Of a DNA stretch of 64,000 bases, positions 57,973 through 64,000 are shown in pieces. Under the pieces are notes generated by a model. The model saw only the letters and a program-made list of their open reading frames with translations, was not told the origin of the DNA and searched no databases. Source of the stretch: Candidatus Eiseniibacteriota bacterium (GTDB lineage: Bacteria; Eisenbacteria; RBG-16-71-46; SZUA-252); the NCBI GenBank assembly GCA_963703225.1, contig OY969801.1:1888001-1952000 (forward strand), written 5' to 3'. Position 1 is the first letter of the stretch; the number at the start of each line of letters is the position of its first letter. The position numbers and the translations under genes are program-made.

Positions 57973-58566
57973 TCATTGCATGTTCCGTAGGGCGATCCGC
58001 GTATTGAGCGTGACCGCCACCGAGTCCTGGTCTTGTGCCGTGATCGTGAGCCCCACCGCCCGCACCCGTGACGCGTCGGCCGCGCTGAGCGGCAGCGCGC
58101 CCAACACCGCGTTGGCGCCGTCGAAATACGTCAGCGTCATCGATTTCACATTCGGCACGAGAATCTGGGCGCCGGCGCCCGGGTTCCGCATGATCGCCCG
58201 ATTGACCGAGCTGTAGCTGTAGGTGACGTCTTCCGACGGCTCCGCCGTCTGAATGGCCCTATCGGCATTGAGATCGGCCCGAATGCGAATCAGGTTCTGC
58301 TGCGCGGTCACGATCCCCACGACGCCGATTTGAGGATCCCCGGGATCCGCACCCGCCTGACGTAATTCGGTCTCCATCAGCGACATGCCATCCCGTGCGG
58401 TCATCTGAATCGCGGCGAGACGCGTCGTTTTCCCATGGAGGTGTGTCGTCGTAAGCGCGATCCCCATCAGGGTCATGAGCACAAGCCCAAGAATGGCCAT
58501 CACGATCATGAGCTCCATCAGCGTCATGCCCGAACTCGTGCTCTTGTATTGCGAATGGTCTGGCAT
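57973..58566 (-). CDS. pilW: PilW-like minor pilin
   Basis: GMTLMELMIVMAILG..ELRQAG. Confidence 0.8.
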   Translation of the reverse strand: MPDHSQYKSTSSGMTLMELMIVMAILGLVLMTLMGIALTTTHLHGKTTRLAAIQMTARDGMSLMETELRQAGADPGDPQIGVVGIVTAQQNLIRIRADLNADRAIQTAEPSEDVTYSYSSVNRAIMRNPGAGAQILVPNVKSMTLTYFDGANAVLGALPLSAADASRVRAVGLTITAQDQDSVAVTLNTRIALRNMQ

Positions 58567-58574
58567 CAAAGGTT

Positions 58575-58949
58575 TCACCGCTCTGATAAGAGGTTGTCGA
58601 GTTGGAGTGAGCGAGGTGTGCCCTGCTCGTTCCATGCCACGGTCACCTCGACGCGTAGAAGGCCCGGCGACACCGTGGTCACGTTGGTTTTCCAATTGAA
58701 GACGCTGGACTGGCCTGAGTCGGTCTTCGCCGCCGTGAACCCCGCGGCCCGGGCCACTTCCATCTGACCCTGCGCAATGCTGAGCGCGCGGGTGTTCAGT
58801 CCTGTCCCCACCACGTCTCGTGTCGAGCGGGTTTGAACCGCCGCGATCGGCAGGATCCCGATCGCGATCAGGAGCACGGCGACCATGAGCTCGACGAGCG
58901 TGAACCCGGCCTCGCTGGGGCCCATGCGCCCTAAGCGTTCCCTAGTCAT
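58575..58949 (-). CDS. pilV: PilV-like minor pilin
   Basis: GFTLVELMVAVLLIAIG..VEVTVAW. Confidence 0.8.
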   Translation of the reverse strand: MTRERLGRMGPSEAGFTLVELMVAVLLIAIGILPIAAVQTRSTRDVVGTGLNTRALSIAQGQMEVARAAGFTAAKTDSGQSSVFNWKTNVTTVSPGLLRVEVTVAWNEQGTPRSLQLDNLLSER

Positions 58950-59385
58950 GCGTCACGCTCCCGTTGACCGCCACCTGGACCTTGGTCGAATCGCTCCAGC
59001 CCTTGACGGTTACGGCGATGGGGACCGAGAGGCCCCAGGGGAAGAACGTGGCCGTATCCGTGGCCGTGCAGGCGATTCCGGGCGGCATGGCGCGGCTGCT
59101 GATGGTTACGTGTGGGGTCACCTGGTAAATGGTGTAAGCGCCTGGGACGAAAGAGATCTCGTACGCCTTCCGGCGCATGGTGGCGAGCGAGCGGGCGTAG
59201 TACATGTCGGAGATGAGCGTATTGGTCGCACCCGCGAGTTGATTGGAGTGGACGAAGCGGGTTGTGGCCGGAACCCCAATGGCAAGGAGAAGGCCAATGA
59301 TGCAGAGCACGACCATCATTTCGGTCAGGGCAAACCCCGAGGCGCTCCGCCGCCGCAAGTCCATCTGTGTATGTGGGTTCATCAT
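58942..59385 (-). CDS. FimT/FimU (GspH-like) minor pilin
   Basis: GFALTEMMVVLCIIG..DMYYARSLA..TFFPWG..VAVNGSV. Confidence 0.8.
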   Translation of the reverse strand: MMNPHTQMDLRRRSASGFALTEMMVVLCIIGLLLAIGVPATTRFVHSNQLAGATNTLISDMYYARSLATMRRKAYEISFVPGAYTIYQVTPHVTISSRAMPPGIACTATDTATFFPWGLSVPIAVTVKGWSDSTKVQVAVNGSVTHD

Positions 59386-59398
59386 CCCCTCCCGGAAA

Positions 59399-59414
59399 AG
59401 CAAGGGTCATGCCG
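59399..59414 (-). promoter_or_regulatory. sigma54 (-24/-12)-like promoter of pilin cluster
   Basis: CGGCATGACCCTTGCT (GG-N10-GC). Confidence 0.55.
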
Positions 59415-59595
59415 CGGCCGGTCCGCATTTCGCGACTGCGGTTATGTCAGCTACGCCCTTGGGCCATGCGAGGTAGGCACTGCCAGGAATGCGGATGACA
59501 GGTAAGCAACGCAGATCGCACGGCGCCGGCATTTCGCGGCCCGAGGAATTCCAACAGCAAGAGGCCGGATCCGACCACCGCCCGCCCCCGCGCGA

Positions 59596-62553
59596 CTACA
59601 ACGTGATCGCCTCGGAGTCGGGGCCGCGCAGGTAGCGGAGCGCCTCCTCAAGGGCCTCGTTCAGCAAGAGCGCCGCCCCCTCCCGGCGGGCTCGATTCAG
59701 ACGCTCTTCACCCAGGAGGGCGGAGAGCTGGGAGAGCACGGCTTCGTGGTCTGCCCGATCGGCTGGCTCGAGCGCGTACCCCGTCGCCTGCCAAATTTCC
59801 TCCGCCGCGCCAAGAAGGCGCGCCGCCGGCCAAACGTCGCCGCACGTCGACGCCAGCTTCCCGCAATTGGCGAGACCCGCCGCGCATACGTGCCTTGCCT
59901 GGAACGCCTGGGAAGCCTCTAGGCAACCGATCAGAGCCCGACGCGCCTCAGCCTCAAGGCCCAGCCGGAGATAGACCTCGGCGAGGTTCGAGAGCGACCC
60001 GCCGATCCCCTCTTGGTCTCCCTGTTCGCGGTGGAGGGAGAGCGCCTCCTCCATGAATGTCCGTGATGCCTCGAAATCCCCCTGTCGAAAGGCCAGATTC
60101 CCCAGGCCGTTGAGGGCCGCCGACATCCCCTTGAGGTTTCCTACGCGCTTATTCAACTCGAGCGACTGCAGGCCGTACTCGCGCGCGAGAGCGTAGTTCC
60201 CTTCTCCGGACGCCACAACCCCGAGACCGGAGAGAGCGCGCGCGACGGCCTTCGAATCCCCCAGCTCCCGCGCGATGTCGAGGCTCTTCGCCATCCGGAT
60301 GCGGGCGGCACCGTTGTCCCCCAGCAGCGAGGCCAACCACCCCGCGCCGTAAAGCGCCCGGACTCGGATCCCCGTGCGCCCTTGGGTTCCCGGTCGGTCC
60401 AGAATCATGGTAAGTGCCCGGAGCCCCGCGGTGTACTCGCATCGCAGCATCCAGAAGTTCCAGAGGCTCGAAGCGAGCCGGAGTGCTGCCCCGTCTCGAC
60501 CGCCCGCACGATCGCACCAGGCGAGCGCCTCCAGGAAATTGTGGTGGTCCGGGGCGAGGCGGGCCAGCGTTCTTGCCTGGTCCATTCCGCCCAGCAAGGG
60601 GTAGGTCTTCTCCGCGAGGGCGATCATGTACCCGATGTGGCGGTCGCGAATCGCCTCGTCCTCTCCCGACTCGCCCAGCCTCTCGAGAGCGAACTCGCGG
60701 ATCGTCTCCAGATACCGGTACCGGGGCTCGCCGGCAGCGGCTCGGTCCACGACGACGAGGGATTTGTTCCAAAGACGTGTCAGCAAGTCGAGCGTGGCGA
60801 ACTCGCCCCGCCCATCTCCCGTAACCTCCGCGGCCGCCTCCAAGGTCCATCCCCCGGAGAAGACCGCCAGACGCCGGAAGAAGGCCCGCTCGACCTCGAC
60901 CATCTGGTCGTGGCTCCACTCGATGGCCGCATGGAGCGTTCGGTGATGCTGGGTCGCCGCCCTCGTGGGCGATGCGAGGAATTGGAATCGATCCGCCAGA
61001 CGGGAACGAATCTGGTCGAGCGTGAGAAGCTGAACGCGGGCGGCCGCCAGCTCGAGGGCCAGCGGGATCCCGTCGAGCCGGCGGCAGATTTCCGCTATGG
61101 CGGCAACGTTCTCCTCTGTCACCGCGAAGGCCGGGTCCGCGCGCCGGGCTCGATCCAAGAAGAGTTGGACTGCCTCCGACTCCAGCGCCGCCCGAGCGCC
61201 GCCCGCGGCCCCTGGCGTCCCGAGTGGCTCGACCAGGAAGATCTGCTCCCCCGGGATTTCGATGGCTTCACGGCTCGTCGCGAGGATTCGGAGGCCGGCA
61301 CAAGCCTGAAGGAGTCGCTGCGCGAGAACCGCCACCGGCGCCGCCAGGTGTTCGCAGTTATCAAGAACCAGGAGCGTCCGCCCTCCCCGAAGGGTCTCGA
61401 GCACCCCCTCTTCGAGCGAAATGTTCGCCGATTCCTTGTGCCCCACGGCGGCGGCGATTGCCTCGAGAATGCGCGCACCGTCCCGGATTGGAGCTAGGTC
61501 CACGAAACAGACCCTGTCCGGGGAGTCCCCTAGGCTGCGGCCGGCCAGCTCGATCGCCAGGCGCGTCTTCCCGCATCCCGCGACACCGATCAGGGTAAGG
61601 AGTCTCGCCTTCGCGAGGAGCTGCGAGCACTTAGCCAGGTCCCGCTGGCGGCCGATGAACCGTGTGAGCAGCACGGGGAGATTGTTGGGTGCGGAGACGG
61701 TGACGGGTGGGCCCGCGCCCGCCGGGGTCGGAACGATCCCCGCGACCTCGGAGAGTATTCGGGACGCTTCCCCCATCCCCGCGGGCCGAGCGTCGGCACG
61801 CTTCTCCAGGCAGCGAGCCAGGAAGGATTGGAGCGGTACCGGCACTCCCTGCGGCACCGCTCCCCAACTTGGCTCCGCGCGAAGGGTCGATTGGATCACC
61901 GCGTCCGTGGTGGGACCTCCGAACGCACGGCTACCCGCGAGACATTCGAACAGAACGCACCCAAAGGCAAAGACGTCTGCCTGCTGGTCCACCCCCTCGC
62001 CACGGATCTGCTCCGGACTCGCGTACCCCGGCGTACCGAGCATCCGATTCTCGGGGCTCGAGTCCAGGGAGTGAATCCGCTTGGCCATCCCGAAATCGAG
62101 CACCTTGACGCGGCCCCGCGGCGTGACCATCACGTTCCCAGGCTTCAGGTCGCGATGGACGACGCCCCGCTCGTGAGCCGCCTCGAGGGCGTCCGCGATC
62201 TGGAGGCCGATCCCGAGCGACTCCTTGATGGCCAAGGGGCCGCGCCGGAGACGCTCCGCCAGCGTCTCTCCGATGATGCGCTCGAGGACCAGGAAGCGCG
62301 TCCCATCGGGCGAGGATTCGAAACCGTGGATGGTGGCGATGCTGGGATGATTGAGTGAGGCGAGAACCCTTGCCTCGCGCTCGAACCACGCGAGCCGCTC
62401 CGGGTCCGTCGCGACTTCATCCGGAAGCACCTTGATGGCGACCTCGCGCTCCAGCGTTTCGTCGCGCGCGAGGTAGACGACCCCCATGCCGCCCCTACCC
62501 AGCGGGGCGAGGACCTCGTACCGTCCGATGTGGGAAGGCAAGGGAGTCGTCAT
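59596..62553 (-). CDS. Ser/Thr kinase + STAND-type ATPase + TPR
   Basis: [57 protein letters not shown]; TPRs. Confidence 0.92.
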   Translation of the reverse strand: MTTPLPSHIGRYEVLAPLGRGGMGVVYLARDETLEREVAIKVLPDEVATDPERLAWFEREARVLASLNHPSIATIHGFESSPDGTRFLVLERIIGETLAERLRRGPLAIKESLGIGLQIADALEAAHERGVVHRDLKPGNVMVTPRGRVKVLDFGMAKRIHSLDSSPENRMLGTPGYASPEQIRGEGVDQQADVFAFGCVLFECLAGSRAFGGPTTDAVIQSTLRAEPSWGAVPQGVPVPLQSFLARCLEKRADARPAGMGEASRILSEVAGIVPTPAGAGPPVTVSAPNNLPVLLTRFIGRQRDLAKCSQLLAKARLLTLIGVAGCGKTRLAIELAGRSLGDSPDRVCFVDLAPIRDGARILEAIAAAVGHKESANISLEEGVLETLRGGRTLLVLDNCEHLAAPVAVLAQRLLQACAGLRILATSREAIEIPGEQIFLVEPLGTPGAAGGARAALESEAVQLFLDRARRADPAFAVTEENVAAIAEICRRLDGIPLALELAAARVQLLTLDQIRSRLADRFQFLASPTRAATQHHRTLHAAIEWSHDQMVEVERAFFRRLAVFSGGWTLEAAAEVTGDGRGEFATLDLLTRLWNKSLVVVDRAAAGEPRYRYLETIREFALERLGESGEDEAIRDRHIGYMIALAEKTYPLLGGMDQARTLARLAPDHHNFLEALAWCDRAGGRDGAALRLASSLWNFWMLRCEYTAGLRALTMILDRPGTQGRTGIRVRALYGAGWLASLLGDNGAARIRMAKSLDIARELGDSKAVARALSGLGVVASGEGNYALAREYGLQSLELNKRVGNLKGMSAALNGLGNLAFRQGDFEASRTFMEEALSLHREQGDQEGIGGSLSNLAEVYLRLGLEAEARRALIGCLEASQAFQARHVCAAGLANCGKLASTCGDVWPAARLLGAAEEIWQATGYALEPADRADHEAVLSQLSALLGEERLNRARREGAALLLNEALEEALRYLRGPDSEAITL

Positions 62554-62787
62554 GGTCCGCCGGGCGAGAGTCTGATGCACCTCGAGGCTGTCGGGACCGA
62601 AACCGTGGCATCGTACCACGCCGAGTCGGGTGCCGGATCGCGGCAACGACCGCCAGACGTTCACGCAAGCTATTGTGGATAAAGACGTTGTCGGTGGGCA
62701 TCGCCCGCCACCGGACGATCAACGTCCACGTTGCGCGGGCCGATACAACCAGGGCAGACCTCACCCCGGAGCGATTCGAGAACAAGC

Positions 62788-64000
62788 ATGGACGAGAATC
62801 CAGAACGAATTCCGGTCATCGTATCGGAGTCGTACGACCTCATCGCCAAGCGGGTCGCGCGGCGGATCGCGGAGATCATTCATGGCCGCGGCGGGGCCGG
62901 GCGGGTACCCGTGCTGGGTCTCGCCACCGGCTCCACGCCCATCGGCATCTATCGAGAGCTGGTCCGGATGCACCGCGAGGAAGGGCTCGATTGGTCCCGG
63001 GTCAAGACCTTCAACCTCGACGAGTACTACCCCATGTTGCCCGACAGCGTTCATAGCTACCACCGCTTCATGTGGGAACATCTGTTCGATCACGTGAACA
63101 TCGATCCGCGGAACGTTCACATTCCTCGAGGAGACCTTCCGCGAGACGAGATCGATGACCACTGCCGCGACTACGAGCGGGCCATCGCTGATGCCGGCGG
63201 CATCGATTTCCAAATCCTGGGAATAGGGCAGACGGGACACATTGGGTTCAACGAGCCCGGCTCAAGCACCGGCTCGCGCACGCGCCTCGTCGTCCTCGAC
63301 AAGATCACCCGCCGCGTCGCCGCGTCCGATTTCTTCGGAACCGAGAATGTTCCCGCCGAGGCGATCACGATGGGTGTCGCGACCATCCTCGAGGCAAGGG
63401 AAATCGCGCTCGTCGCGACGGGCGAGCACAAAGCGGCGATCGTGAAACGATCGGTCGAAGGGGACGTCGATCGATCGGTCACCGCGACCTACCTGCAGCA
63501 GCATCCCAACGCCATCGTTTATCTCGACCCCGCGGCCGCGGCGGAGCTGACTCGCGTGAAGACCCCCTGGCTGCTGCGCGAGATCGAATGGACCCCGGTC
63601 CTCGAGATCGAGGCCGTCGTCTGGCTCGCCCAGGCCACGGGGAAGTCCGTACTCAAGCTGGCCGACGTGGATTATCGCGAGCACCACCTCGGTGCGCTCC
63701 TCGCCCGGCACGGCTCCTCGGCCGCGCTCAACGGCGTCGTCTTCAACGCGCTCAGCGCCAAGATCCGAGGACGCGGCAAGCTCCCCCGAGGACGACGCGT
63801 TGTCGTGTTTTCGCCTCATCCTGACGACGACGTCATCTCCGCTGGAGGAATTCTCTGGAAGCTCCGCGAGAATGAGAACGAGGTCGTCGTGGCGTACCTG
63901 ACCTCCGGCAACATCGCCGTCTTCGATCACGAGGTTCGCCGCTACCTCGACTTCATTCGCCGCACCGCGGGCGATTTCGACTACGCGAGCGACCGCCTGC
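62788..64000 (+). CDS. nagB: Glucosamine-6-phosphate deaminase fused to PIG-L-like domain (runs off window)
   Basis: Manual translation from ATG 62788: VLGLATGSTP, FNLDEYYP, LGIGQTGHIGFNEPGS, AITMGV, then FSPHPDDDVISAGG. Confidence 0.92.
   Translation, partial: MDENPERIPVIVSESYDLIAKRVARRIAEIIHGRGGAGRVPVLGLATGSTPIGIYRELVRMHREEGLDWSRVKTFNLDEYYPMLPDSVHSYHRFMWEHLFDHVNIDPRNVHIPRGDLPRDEIDDHCRDYERAIADAGGIDFQILGIGQTGHIGFNEPGSSTGSRTRLVVLDKITRRVAASDFFGTENVPAEAITMGVATILEAREIALVATGEHKAAIVKRSVEGDVDRSVTATYLQQHPNAIVYLDPAAAAELTRVKTPWLLREIEWTPVLEIEAVVWLAQATGKSVLKLADVDYREHHLGALLARHGSSAALNGVVFNALSAKIRGRGKLPRGRRVVVFSPHPDDDVISAGGILWKLRENENEVVVAYLTSGNIAVFDHEVRRYLDFIRRTAGDFDYASDRL

Noticed and set aside
62674..62682. 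Perfect DnaA box TTATCCACA (minus strand)
   Set aside because: Single box with no cluster, AT-rich unwinding element or dnaA nearby; not evidence for an origin

Overview
GC-rich bacterial chromosomal segment. The gene content (five Hanks-type kinases, FG-GAP proteins with a FlgD-like C-terminal domain, multiheme cytochromes) is reminiscent of Ca. Eisenbacteria-like lineages, which is an inference only. Several genes carry frameshifts that may be long-read consensus errors. Layout: (1) 0-13.6 kb, a tightly coupled minus-strand respiratory cluster (19-, 9- and 18-heme cytochromes c, FdnI/CbcL-type cytochrome b, Rieske, bc-type cytochrome b) followed by amidohydrolase, SIMPL and kinase genes, plus a divergent monoheme cytochrome. 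(2) An atypical Cys-containing LuxR regulator, cysteine synthase, a heavily frameshifted cyclic beta-1,2-glucan synthase and a cold-shock gene. (3) 25.9-35.45 kb, a tyrosine-integrase element inserted at the tRNA-Cys anticodon loop (int, RHH, xis-like, DUF3987, VapBC45-like pair, nuclease-helicase-HA). (4) 35.45-46.35 kb, the most unusual feature: a tandem array of integrase-less cargo modules delimited by promoter-bearing tRNA-Cys 5' halves. The three clear halves stop exactly at the 7-bp anticodon loop CTGCAAA, and att-arm-like repeats and terminator hairpins recur. No intact tRNA-Cys is left in the window; the expected intact copy is reduced to an 11-nt scar. (5) Lactonase, kinases, cupin, a type IV minor pilin/PilY1 cluster with a sigma54-like site, and a nagB-PIG-L fusion running off the end.
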